Source of the DNA: Camelus dromedarius
Taxonomy: Eukaryota
Assembly (NCBI RefSeq): GCF_036321535.1
Contig: NC_087437.1
Coordinates: 99,884,001-99,948,000, forward strand
Length of the DNA: 64,000 nucleotides
Direction of reading: 5' to 3'
Every line of letters begins with the position of its first letter. Within the stretch, counting starts at the first letter, position 1. A model generated the notes under the pieces. The model searched no databases. It was not told where the DNA came from and worked only from the letters and a program-made list of their open reading frames with translations. Position numbers and translations under genes: made by a program. Below, piece by piece: positions 51,290 to 63,390 of the stretch.

Positions 51290-51990
51290 GTCAATGTTTT
51301 AATATTTTGGATATTATAGATATTAATCCCTTGTCATCTGTTTACAAATCTTTTGTTCCCATCTACGTTTTGTCTAATTACTTTTTCCTAGTAAATTTTT
51401 ATCAAAATTTTACATTTTAATAGAAAGAGTTTTGCCTACTTTTTTTTTTTATCTTATATAGCTTCTGGCTTTTTAGTTAAGAATTTCTCTTCCCTAACTG
51501 GACTGATTATAAATTATATGTGGATTTTTGACTGCCCAGAGGGTTAGCTCATACTGTACATGTATGATCCTACATTTTGGGAAATATTTTAACTTTTTGA
51601 TTTAATTTACATAATGTTTTAAAGCAATCTAGAATTATTTTGTGTTTGTAGTGTATATGATCTTCCCTTAGTGTACTGAGTGTTGTAGCATTATTTATTA
51701 AATAATTTATCTTCTCTCTATTACATTTAATTACTACTATAATTAATTAAAGATAGTATATTAAATTTTGTTGATAGTGGGGTCAATTCCTAGATTCCCT
51801 ATTCTGCTGTGATCTATTTACTTATTTCTATGCCAATCCCTATTAGTTTGATTACAATGTCAAAGTGTATGATCTGGTATCTGAAAAGGTAAGTTTCTCT
51901 TTTTTGATCTTCTTTAAGATCTTTAAGATTAAAGTTTTTAGTCTTCCATATAATCTTTAAGATTATTTTAATCATTTAAAATAAATCTAT
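51290..51990 (-). mobile_element. Old L1M/L1ME ORF2 fragment
   Basis: 'gatattaatcccttgtc', 'attcctagattccctattctg...tttctatgccaatccctattagttttgattac'. Confidence 0.65.
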
Positions 51991-51996
51991 TATAGA

Positions 51997-52753
51997 GTAT
52001 TTGTCTTTCTGTGTCTGACTAATTTCACTAAACATAATGCCCTCTAGGTCCATCCACATTGTTGCAAATGGCAGAATTTCAATAATTTTTATGACTGAGT
52101 AATATTCCATTGTGTGTATATACCACATCTTCTTTATCCATTCATCTGTTGTTGGACACTTGGGTTGTTTCCATATTTTGACTGTTGTTAATAATGCTGC
52201 TATGAACGTTGGGCATACTCAAATTAATGTTTTTGTTTTTTTCAGATACATTCCCAGGAATGGAATTGCTGGATCATATAGCATTTCTATTTTTAGTTTT
52301 TTGAGGAATTTCCATACTGTTTTCCATAGTGGTAGCATCAATTTACATTCCCACCAACAGTGTACTATGGTTTTCTTTCTCCACATCCTTGCCAACATTT
52401 TTTATTTGCAGACTTTTTGAAAATAGCCAATCTGACATGTAAAATCTAAAAAATAAAACAAACTATTGAATACAACAAAGCAGAAATAAACTCACAGATA
52501 TAGATTACAAACTAGTTGTTACCAATGGGAAGAAGGAATGGGGGAGGGGGTTAAGAGATACAAGGTACTATGTATAAAATAAATAAGCAACAAAGATACA
52601 TTGTATAGCACAAGGAAATACAGTCATTATTTTACAATAACTTTAAGTGGAGTTTAACTTATTAAAATATTGAATCATTATGTTGTATACTTAAAATTAA
52701 TATAATATTATAAATCAACTACATTTCAAATTTAAAGACTGAAGAAAAAAAAA
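51997..52753 (+). mobile_element. L1 with 5' inversion: antisense 51997-52437, sense 52437-52753 ending in an A tail
   Basis: The antisense part starts at the reverse complement of 'agaaagacaaatac'; the sense part starts 'atgtaaaatctaaaaaat'. These motifs are near-adjacent in an intact L1 (compare 63938-63986). Confidence 0.88.
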
Positions 52754-52911
52754 TACTTCCTATTTACCATGATTTTCTGTGTGAACTGTTTTCTTCCTCC
52801 AGTCCTCCAGTAGAGTGAGTATTATTGCCTTATCTTTGTCTTCCTTGTACTATTTTGGAAGTTATACCTTCTATGTATTTTTCAGTGGTTACCCTTAAAA
52901 TGTAACATATA

Positions 52912-53139
52912 CAGTTGATCCTTGAACAACCAAGGGGTTGGGGGGCCAACCTTCTGTAGAGCTGAAAATCCACATATAACTTCTGGCTGGCCCTCTGGCC
53001 CTCTGGCCTTCTGTTTCAGTGGTTTCTCTGTATCCAGGAATTCAACCAACCACAGATTGTATAGTACTGTAGTAAAAAAAATCCATGTATATGTGTACCC
53101 ACACAATTCAAGGGTCCCACGTTGTTCAAAGGCGAACTG
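52912..53139 (+). mobile_element. Tigger-family MITE (MER8/Tigger2-like) with TA TSD
   Basis: TA|cagttgatccttgaacaac...gttgttcaaaggcgaactg|TA; terminal inverted repeats match at 15/19. Confidence 0.9.
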
Positions 53140-53364
53140 TACTTAGTCTTTCTATCCAAGGACATGGTACACATTTCTATTTACTAAAACATGTTTTGTA
53201 TGTTTAATAAAATATACTTATTGTACAAGTCCTATGTCTGTCTTTTCAGTGTATTTCTATGTATTGTATGTTTCTGTGCTTTCTTATTTGGAAGTTATTT
53301 AGTTTCATCTGATTCTTTGATTTCCTGCTCCCCTGGTCTAGAGAGAATTATATTTGTCCTTCAT

Positions 53365-53600
53365 TCCAGCAGAAGTTATTGTGGATATAATGTATGAATA
53401 CCCAGTTTAATCACTACCAGGATTTCTGTGTGTGTGTGTGTGTGTGTATACAAAATTTGTGCCTAAGTTTCCTCACCTGATCAAATAAGAATGAAAACAA
53501 TACTTATATTCATAAGGTTATTGTAAGTGATCAATGATATTACATGTGTAAATAATTTGCAATATGCCTGGCACTTAGCAAGGGCTCAGTAGTGTGTAAA
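53365..53600 (+). mobile_element. MIR SINE containing (TG)10 at ~53427-53446
   Basis: 'tgtgcctaagtttcctcacctg...aaggttattgtaagtga...tgcctggcacttagcaagggctcagt'. Confidence 0.75.
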
Positions 53601-55595
53601 CTGTCATCACTAAATCATCACTGTCATCACCATCTTCATCATCAGTTTATTATTTTGTCTAAATTTAGTTTTAAATTGCAGCTAATTAACTTTTTATTTG
53701 TGCATTTCTTGTGGGGTTTTTTGTTTGATTATAAATTCTTAATTTTAAAGACTATGTTCTATACTTGTAATATGAAGAACACCAAGCACAGAATCCTGTT
53801 ATTATTGACTGATCATAAAGTGTTGTTATTTAATATATGGTTAGAGATTTAGGAATATTAAAAAGAATGTTTAGATAGGGACAGAGTAAATGATGTTTTA
53901 TTGTTGATATTATACTAGAGTATATGCTTCTTATATACTTCTATTTTGTTCATAGCAATATTTCCAGTGTCCAGGGCAGTACTTGGTCCAAAGTAAAAAC
54001 TAAACAAATATCTGTTGAATAAACAATGATATGTGGAGTTTTTAAAAGTTTGCAGCATGAATTAGAAAATCATACCATGAATAATTAATTTTTTTTTGGT
54101 GTTGGGGAGCTACAAATCCCTGCCTATTCCTTCTCAATATCAGATATCAATGTTGGGAATTGTACACACTGGTAGAAATTGTAGTTGCTTCCTTCTGCAA
54201 GTTTACGGTCTTTTTAGATACATAGACACATAGGCATACATATATACATACATGCATACAAAGGCACACATATGCAGTTACATAACAACGTGTGAGTTAT
54301 TACACATGAGGATAAAACGTGTACAGTGCCATGTGAACCAAGAGTGCCCTGAAGTGACTCCAGTCCTGTCCATGACACTGTTCTGCTCTCCTTGCTGCTT
54401 CTCAGCTGTATGTCTGCATTCAGGTGTCATCTGCATCCAAAGGCCCGAACACACACAGTCAGCAGAACATGCTGGGATGAGACATATTGTATCTCCTCTT
54501 GCAGGCAAACTTCTTAGGACCCCAGATTGCAGATAACATAAAGATGCAGCAAACATCCCACTCAGAATAAAAACAGCAAATTATCAAGACTGAAACAAAA
54601 TAAAGGACTGTGTTTTTAATCCATAGGATGTTTATGAAAAATAGATATGTGTTTACAAAAATTCTAAGCACTTTGGTTTAATTTATATATCATATTATTT
54701 TTCACTTATTCTTCAAGTTGAACTCATTACAAAACAATGGAAAATAAAAAGAGAAAAAATTGTTTACTCTTTCTTATCTTCTTTGTAGATATGTGCTGCC
54801 ACTTTAGATCCCATTTTAAACTCTTCTGTGATCATCATGAGTGGTGAGGAAGACTTTTCTCTAATATAATGTTCTGTACACTGTGTCCTGCCTATAACAT
54901 AGACTGTTTCACAATAGTGATCTATTATGATATAAGTAATTGTCTGAAATTTCAGTACACAAAGTCTGAATCTGTGAAAGTACAATTACACTGCCCAGGG
55001 ACATAGCAAAATTAAATGAGATCTGGTTTAAACCGAGACATCTATTTCAAAGTCGGCCAGCAGACAACCGTCACTGGAACAGAATAGAGGGATGTACGTA
55101 AAACACAATCAGACTGCACTGTCAAAGTCAGCTCCTGAGCTGGTTCTGTGTTCTCCAGCAGGTGGTTATCTGCTTTGTAATCTGCCTAAATTCTACAGCC
55201 TTCCCTCAGAACAGCTTTTTAGATCAAACTATGACACATGGATAAATATCATTTATTTTGGGTATTGGTTTATTTATAAATGAAAATAGCAATCATTTAG
55301 CTAATGACTATAAACTGAAGCAAAATGCACGCTGAAGTAATCATATTTTAGGGTTTCTCTTCTATATAGAATTCGTGGGCACACAGAAAACATAATCTCA
55401 AATTTTGAAAAACAGCACTTTGAAGCATGTAGATTTAAATATCAGTAGGGCATATGTTTTAGTACAGCCAGCTTCTACTTACACAGTAGATATAATTATC
55501 AGATCCTGATTTTTAGAATGCTGACAACTGCCAGCATTCCCTCAGGGCTTGTATCCCCTTGAAAGGAAATGAGAAGCCAGAATCAAGAAGAACTC

Positions 55596-55710
55596 AGAAT
55601 CTGGAAGAGGTTAGTGGTCATCTAGGCTTCATTTTAGAGAAGAGCAAAATGTGACCCTAAGAAGTTTAAAGAGTTGCCCTATGACACAGTCATGAGAGGC
55701 AAAGGAGGGG
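55596..55710 (-). mobile_element. MIR fragment
   Basis: 'ttcattttagagaagagcaaaatgtgaccctaagaagtttaaagagttgccctatgacacag'. Confidence 0.55.
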
Positions 55711-56389
55711 CAAAGGTGAATTTCCTCGGGAATCCCAGGAAAGTGGTTTTTCCAGTAGGCATCAGGTGCCTAGAATTAACGGGCCATCACATTTAGAACA
55801 GGCCCTTTTGGTGGGTGTTGTTGGGAGTTAGGTAGTTTGCCAAGGCCTGACCAATAACAAAAGTGAGTTTATTTTCAAAAGAGTTTCTCTTTCTTATTAT
55901 CTTTTAATGACCTTGATTTCTTTCTAAATATTGTGTCCTGTGTGACTACAAGTTATCCAGTGGGAAGATGACTTCATGTTCTTCGGTGGGAAATAAAGTC
56001 AAGTGCACATACACCCATGCTAGCTAGGTTGATATACATTTGGGAGCTGATAGATTTTAAGAAAATGGAAATCATAGATAAACCTTCTTGCAAACTAATT
56101 CCAAATTGTATCTTTTGCACTGTCGACTTTTTTCTATCTTGTCATAAATGTCTTCACCAAGCAAAAGTGACTAACTAGAAACTGTGTTGTCTTTAGTTTC
56201 TCTTTCTCTTCCTCTATGGTTTGGTGCAAAAATATAGTCTAAAAACCATTGAAAATGATTTTAATCTATTGTCTTATCACCAGACATTCACATACCCACA
56301 CTAGCACAGTATATTTTGTTTCATCATGAATGTTTGATCTATGTTTATTTCATGACATTAAGAATTTTTACATCCTTTGTTCATTTTTT

Positions 56390-56785
56390 CTAAATGTCCT
56401 CCATAAATAACTAGTTAAATATATTACTGTGTAGCCATTCAATAAAACAATAGGCAGTCATTACTAAAAGTCAGGCAATTCTACATGACTTAATATGGGA
56501 AAAACCTCCAATATGCACTGTTAAAATTTTTTAAAGATGTCAAATAGTGTGATAACATGCTAACATTAATTTTCTCAGAAAGATACATACCTACAAGCTT
56601 ATAGGTGCAGAGAACATCACTGGAACAATATACAGAAAACTGGAAAGCAAGGCTGCCACTGAGGAGAGATATGACGGACTTAGGCAAGGAGGACAACTCT
56701 CTTTTACACAATATGTCACTTTGTAACTTTTGATTTCTTTTCATTTTACCATATGTATGTGTTAGCAATTTAAATAAAAATAGTA
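56390..56785 (+). mobile_element. Old L1ME 3' UTR
   Basis: 'atatgggaaaaacctccaatatgcactgttaa...cttttacacaatatgtcactttgtaacttttga...accatatgtatgtgtta'. Confidence 0.6.
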
Positions 56786-56921
56786 ACATCTAAAACTGAA
56801 AAAAATAACATTAAGTGGAAATAGTAAGGAGCAAGGAAAGGTGAAATCAAAGAGCTGTCAGTGAGTCATTCCCAGTCAGTGGAGGCTGAAAACACAATTG
56901 TTGGTTGTAACTGTCAGTGAA

Positions 56922-56935
56922 CAGCCAGAGGGCGA
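56922..56935 (+). promoter_or_regulatory. Candidate CTCF core motif
   Basis: cagccagagggcga resembles CCRSYAGRKGGCR with one core mismatch and retains its CpG; motif match only. Confidence 0.35.
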
Positions 56936-57499
56936 CATAATCCGGAGCTGCTGTGTTGGCATCCACCCCCTTGGGTGACTGGTGATTCCATTCTCCCCTA
57001 GTAGACTTTCCTTCTCCCTCACAGGTTACCCTCAGGCACATAAGTAGCACAAAGAATTTTTGGAAGCCCCAGTTAGCAGCGAGTCTTCCTCAGAGAGGCA
57101 CAGCACAACACAAGAACAAAACAAAACCTAACTCATGGGCAGTCATTTTTATCATTATGAGTTCCTAAAAATCATGCAACACTCTGGATTATATTTTTCC
57201 ATAAGATGAACATCATAATAGTAATATGAATGATTTATTTACGTACTTTATAACAACAGAAATGACTAAGAATTGCAAAGAATTTCCAGCAAGAATGAAA
57301 AATGAAATCAGGTGCAATCCCATCTTACAGATAAACTAAATGTTAGCTTTCTGGTTTTTCGTACCTATTAAGACATACATTATATATTTTGCATGCTCTG
57401 TATGCTTTTTAAATTTTTCCATGAATATATATATTGACTTTTATATATTTACTGCATTTGTTTTCACATACTCAGGATAATGTTTTTTATAAGCATTTT

Positions 57500-58260
57500 T
57501 ACAAATAGGCACAATCAGTTATCTCAGAGAATGCTTGAAGAATGAAATTTATGTTGAGGTCAGAAGTATTTAGGATTATTCTATTCTCTGTAAGTGTGAT
57601 TACTGAGGAGTTTTCTTACTTTTGACAGTGTTTGACAGGTTTTGATATCGGTTACACTAGCTTTGTAAAAGCAGTTTGAAGCCTCTCCATTGTCTGTGTG
57701 TGTGTGTGTGTGTGCATGTATGCGCACGTTTATGTGTATAAAACAATTTTAGAGAATGCTGCAATAAAAGTTTGAATATAATTTTATCCAACAATATCTG
57801 GGCCCAGAACATTTTATCGAAGTAGATTTTTGATGAATTTTTAAAGCCTCCTCCAAGGTTATTATTATATTTAGTTATCTATTCCTTCTTGGCTTCATTT
57901 TAATACTACATGTTTATCCATAACCTATCCAAGTCAAGGAAACTCTCAAATGTGTATTTGTAATCTCCTCTTCAGTTTTCACACATACCCTCTCATTTTC
58001 AAAAATTTGAGGGGTGTGTTTGTGAATGGCTTTTGCTCTTTTTTTGCCTGATTGCAATCATATATTTAACTGACTATTTTTTAGAATCAATTTTTGAACT
58101 TACTTACAATTAAAAATTTACTTAGATTTATAATTTCACTCCTCGAAACTTTCTGATTCTATTATCTTCATTACTCACTTCCTCCTAAGTATTAATTTTC
58201 CAAATTTATGATTTACATGTGTCTTTTCCTACTCTTATTTTTAAAAAATGAAGGATTTTA
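57500..58260 (-). mobile_element. Old L1M ORF2 fragment containing a (TG)n run at ~57695-57714
   Basis: 'caggttttgatatcggttacactagctttgtaaaa', 'tatctgggcccag', 'tttagttatctattccttcttg'. Confidence 0.55.
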
Positions 58261-60559
58261 GACATAGATTGCATTATTGATCTATATTGAACACTATTTC
58301 AAAAAGCAAGGATATATTGTATAACTCTCTAAAGCCTTTAAAACATTTATAATTTAAAAATTATGCTTGAAGCCACATAAAATGTACTAGCCATATTGAT
58401 TATAGAAAAATCTCTAAAGTACTATAAACATTGTGAGTATAAATCATAGTGCTAATGTAATACATTTGATGTGAGACAAATATAACAATAAAAAATAATA
58501 AGGTAATAAATTATCAAAAGTGTACCTTCTAAGACTCTAAAAGAACATTTGGAGACAAATTTTACTGTAGCAAACAAAGTCCTCCACTATAGCCATTAAT
58601 AATGGATTTAAGGTTAAAGTTGAGATAATTTCTTCAACAAAAAAATACCTTTAGTGAATCTGAAAATTAAAGTACCTCACTAAAGAACTTTTTTTCCCTA
58701 ACATTTTAGAGAGAATTTTCAATATAGTCTTTATTTTCTCATTATTTTACTTTTCTATCCCCTCACATACTCTTCATAATGCTCAATGTAAATTCAGCTT
58801 GGAAAATAAAAATAAGTGACACAAAGGTGATGTGAGAATTGTGATTGGAGACATCACTAAAGCTCTCCTTTGCTGAAATACAGCTATGAAGGTTTTAATA
58901 AAACTATTGGCTGTCGACTGCCAAGAGCAGCAGTCTGAAATGCTGTTTATTTGTTGGAAGGTATTCAACATAATCCACTCAGGTCTTTAATGAGCAAATA
59001 GATAAAGGTGGTAAGAATTTAACTACAGGATTTTATTTGGTAATATCAAATAATCAGATTAACTAAATGGGTCATTGCAAGAACTAATTTACACTGTTGC
59101 TATTTTTGTACATTTTGTATCTACTTTCTTAATGTAGGGCTCTTGATGGATTGGGGTCATGTTGTAAACAACCGAGTTCCTTCCCTACAAACAGCCATTT
59201 TCCAAATATATTTTGAAGGAGTAGTTTTCTCTTCTGAGTGTGAAATGAACGGTAAGCATAATTTAACATAAGATGAAAGAGCTTCTGATAAAAATACAGA
59301 GATAAACTTTTAAAGAAAGAACCTGTCTTTTCTACCTTTCTAGAAAGCAGCCATTCCGCTTTGACTTTCCCTTCTTTTAACAAGGAAACTCTGCTGGCAG
59401 ATAGCAAAAATTTGAAGAAATAACCTGTTTGTAGTCTAAGAATCACTGTTGTATCTTATAATATTGCTGGAATTATGAAATGTGTGCTCCTATTACTCTT
59501 AATATGAGATAGATGAAATATAAACATCATAGTCTTTTCTTAGCTTTTTCTATTATTAACTCTTAGGAATTAAAAAGAAATTTATCTGAAGGATGTTTGC
59601 ATTAATTCTTATGACCTGGGCACTATTACAAAAATGCATATAATAGACAAGCAATCATTAAATGTCAAAGCAGTCGTTTGCCATTTTTATTCAGTAGAAT
59701 TTTTAAAACGTATAAATCTTTAAATGTGAAACATGAATGTTATTTAAATCATGAGGGAGTGTCACTTCTTCCTAATGCCCTTGTCAAACAACTGCTCTAA
59801 AACAGTACAACATATAATTCTGAAATGCCATAGATTAATAAGAAACATTCAAATCCCGCAATGCAATTTGGTTTTTACCTCCAGTTATGACTTCCTTTTT
59901 CATGGTCTTTGGTTTCGTTTCTTAACTCATATATGTGTGTATTGACAAATTTTCTTATGTAATACAAATAACAAAGAGGAGATGGAAATGCACAGTTCAA
60001 TAAGTCAATGAGAAAGAATTAGTCATTCACATTGTCATCCACTTGCCCTTAGTTTATATACAACCCAGTCGAACTGGAATTTTTTCTTTTTTACTAATTC
60101 CAGAAAAGTATGAGATCTACAAACTAAAAATTGAACTGTGGCCAAGAATTTATTTCATAATGTGTATAAGATGTAGTAAGTAAGGTTGAGAAGAAATGGC
60201 TGCTTAGTACACTGTATATTAAAGTATAACATTGACATATACGTGCTAATTGCAGCTATAAGAATCAATAGTGAAATAAATTCAAGAAAAAAAGTTGTCT
60301 TCTAGCAAATCTTCAAAGCTTTAAGAAGGAATTGACATTTTAAACTCTAGGTCAATTAACCTTCTTCATTTGGCTTAAAAACAATGTTTTTGTGTGGATT
60401 CTAAAACAAATTTCTATAATAACATCTAAGCCCAGTTTTTTAGAATTTCCATCATTGCCCAAAGATTAGATTCCTGACTTAATCACCACCATAAAGGAAA
60501 CTGACTTGAAATGGAATCTTTGACATCTTCTCCTTGATATCCTTTAGTGAATCTCTTTG

Positions 60560-61040
60560 CAGAAAGAATAAAATCTAAATTATCAGTCTGAATTTTAAAA
60601 CCCTGATCTCAACATTTCCAAACTTACATCCTTCCAAATGTGTCTGCTCAACACTAACCCCTGCTCTCAACCAAGGCTGTCTAGTATCCCCAAGCTTCAT
60701 GACATGACTTCCTCTGATTCGAGACCCATCACTACCCATCATGGTTTTAGTCACTCTTCAAAGTCCTAACTTAAATAACATTACCATGACATATTTTATT
60801 TTCTCCCAATCAGTCAATCACTGTCCTGGGTTTCTTTAGGATTTTTTTTTAATTCCATAAGCAGTTTTTATCTTATGCTGTTTTATTTTATAGCTATTTG
60901 CTTCATTGCTTTGCCCTCTAATAGAGTATGAATTCTAAAAGAGCAAAGTTTGCATCTTATTTGTCTTTGCATCTCCCAACAAACTTTATCCAGTACCTAC
61001 TGGCATATTTCATGCTATTTTTCAAAAACAAATGAATTAA
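60560..61040 (+). mobile_element. L2 3' fragment
   Basis: 'gaataaaatctaaatt...ctcttcaaagtcctaacttaaat...gaattctaaaagagcaaagtttgcatcttatttgtctttgcatctccc'. Confidence 0.55.
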
Positions 61041-61155
61041 TAAATATGTAATTTCTTTGGAAAGTAAAAGTATGTGCCCCGTTATATTCATTTTTAGGCT
61101 TCTTCGGGAAATAAGAATTGGGATTTTTGAATTTCAAAAATGCTTATTTTAAAAG

Positions 61156-62300
61156 CAGGGATGGCAAACCATGGGCCAAATCTGGACCACCCTGTTTTGT
61201 ACAGCCAGAAAGCTAAGAATGATTTTTAAACTTTTCAATGTTTAAAAAAAATCAACAAAAGTAGAATAATATTCTGTGACATAAAAATTATGTAAAATTG
61301 AGATTTCGGTGTCCATAAGTAAAGGTGCTTTTAAAATTCATTACTAAGTTATAACTGACATGCATATATTTTATGTATACAACTTGATGAGTCTGGAGAT
61401 AAGTATACACCTGTGAAACTGTCACCACCATCAATACCATTACCTCCCAGTGTATCCCCTGGCCCCTTTGGTTTTAATATCCTTATGTTTGTGTGGTAAG
61501 ACCACTTAACACAAGATCTGCTCTTTCAGAAAATTTTAAGCATACAACATAGCAGTGTTAGCTATAAGCACCATGCAGTATAGTATATCTCCAGAACTTA
61601 CTTATCTTGCAGAGCTGAAATTTTGTAGCCTTTGACCATCACCAGCCTCTGTGCCCTCCCCCAAGCCCGTGGAAATCATCATTCTACTCTCTGCTTCTAT
61701 GAGTTAGATTTTTTTTTTAGAGTCCTCATAAAAGCAAGACCATACACTGTTGGTGGGAATGTAAATTGGTAGAGCTATTATGGAAACTAGTGTGGAGGTT
61801 CCCTAAAAAATTTAGAATAGAACTACCATATGATCCACTAATCCCACTTCTGGGAATTTATCCAAAGAAACTGAAATTAGGATCTTGAAGAGATACTTGC
61901 ATTCCCACGACCATGACAGCATTATTCTTGGTAGCCTAAATAATCATTGATGGATGAATGGATAAAGAAAATGTGGTTAATATACTCAATGGACTATTAT
62001 TCGGCCTTAGAACAAAGAAGGAAATCCTGCCATTTGTGACAACATGCATGGATCTAACAGACCTTATGCCAAGTGAAATAGCTAGACACAAAAAGACAAA
62101 TACTGCATGATCTCTCCTATATGTGGACTCTAAATAGTCATAAACAAAGTTTTACTGAAATACAGCTTATTTAGATATAATCGCTGGCTGCTTTTGTGCT
62201 ATAATGGCAGGGTTCAGTGTTGTGACAGACACTGTGTGGTCTATAGCACCTGGGATATTAACATTTTGGCACTTTCCATGAAAAAGTTTACCAACACCCA
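61156..62300 (+). mobile_element. MER58B-like hAT element split by an L1 insertion
   Basis: 'cagggatggcaaaccatgggccaaatctgg...agctaagaatgattttta...gtgtccataa' resumes as 'aaagttttactgaaatacagc...tgtgacagacactgtgtgg...aaaagtttaccaac'. Confidence 0.85.
61325..62138 (-). mobile_element. L1MA9-like insertion with inverted 5' segment (antisense 61325-61746, sense 61741-62137)
   Basis: An antisense 3' UTR joins a sense segment 'catacactgttggtgggaatgtaaattgg...atgtggactctaaa'; degenerate TSD cataagtaaag (61314-61324) / cataaacaaag (62139-62149), 9/11. Confidence 0.85.
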
Positions 62301-62589
62301 TTTTAGAGTATTTAGTTCGTAGGGTTTATCATATAGATGTTCACTTTTAAGTTTGCTATAGTAAAACATTTAATTATTTGGGCCAGATTATGACCGACTA
62401 CTTGAAAGAATAAAAGCATGATGATATAAAAAAAATTTGATAGCCAACTTGTACTTGAAGAATTTTTTTCAAAAGTTGTACCTTGAATAACTGAGTTACC
62501 CTGGTATTATAAAAGAAACTATAAAATGTCATCACTTTCACATAAAACGCATTTTAGTTACATATAAAGCCAGTCGTCATTAAATGGTG

Positions 62590-63150
62590 ACTAATGTATG
62601 GTGAGTAAAAGAGGGCAGTGGAGAAAAGGAGATAGATATAAGAAAAATTCCAGGAATCAAGGCAACAACATCAGGAAATTGATTGGATGAAGAACAATGA
62701 GAGGGGTAGTGGCCAAATTTGTCTGACTTTTCAACCCTCGATGAGTAGGAGGTTAGTAATGCCTTTAACAGATACAGAATTTGCAATAAGTAATATCATG
62801 TTGAGGAGAATAATATGGTCAACTTTGGAAGTACCATGTTGGGGTGCTCATGTGACATCCAGCAAGAGGTGTCTGGGTGTTCAACACACAACCGTAAATG
62901 TAATACTCAAGCTTAGGATATACTTTTGGGTGTCATCTCCTTACAGATGACAGTTGAAGTCAGTGAGAGTATAAAAACAAAGAAGAGTCGAGGAAGGAAA
63001 TTTGGTAGAATGTATATAAGGTCTGCCTAGAGTAAGAGGGGATAGAAGAAACAAACAGATATTTGGAGCAGTAGAAGAGTATGATGAAATGAGATTTTCA
63101 AGAATGCAGAGGGAGTTAATGTTGTATGGCTTGTGACAGAGAGGCTGAGG
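62590..63150 (-). mobile_element. L2 fragment
   Basis: 'ggcagtggagaaaagg...gattggatg...tgcctttaacaga...tgtgacatccagcaagaggtgtctgg'. Confidence 0.65.
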
Positions 63151-63202
63151 AAATAAAATACAGCACAGCACTGGATTTAAAAATGAGATATCATTGGGAG
63201 TA

Positions 63203-63390
63203 CAGGCACACTTCAGAGATATTGTGAGTTTTGTTCCAGACAACTGTAATAAAGCAAATATCACAATAAAGCAAGTGACACAAATTTGTTGGTTTCCCAG
63301 TTTGTGTAAAAGTTATGTTTACACTACACTATGCAAGAGCATTATGTCTAAAAAAATGCACATACTTTGATTTAAAATTACTTTATTGCT
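63203..63390 (-). mobile_element. Tigger1 terminal fragment
   Basis: TA followed by 'caggcacacttcagagatattgtgagttttgttccagacaactgtaataaagcaaatatcacaataaagc'. Confidence 0.9.

Noticed and set aside
54252..54556. Bidirectional ~93-aa ORFs in a GC-richer patch
   Set aside because: No recognisable homology or splice signals; the start lies in CA/TA low-complexity sequence
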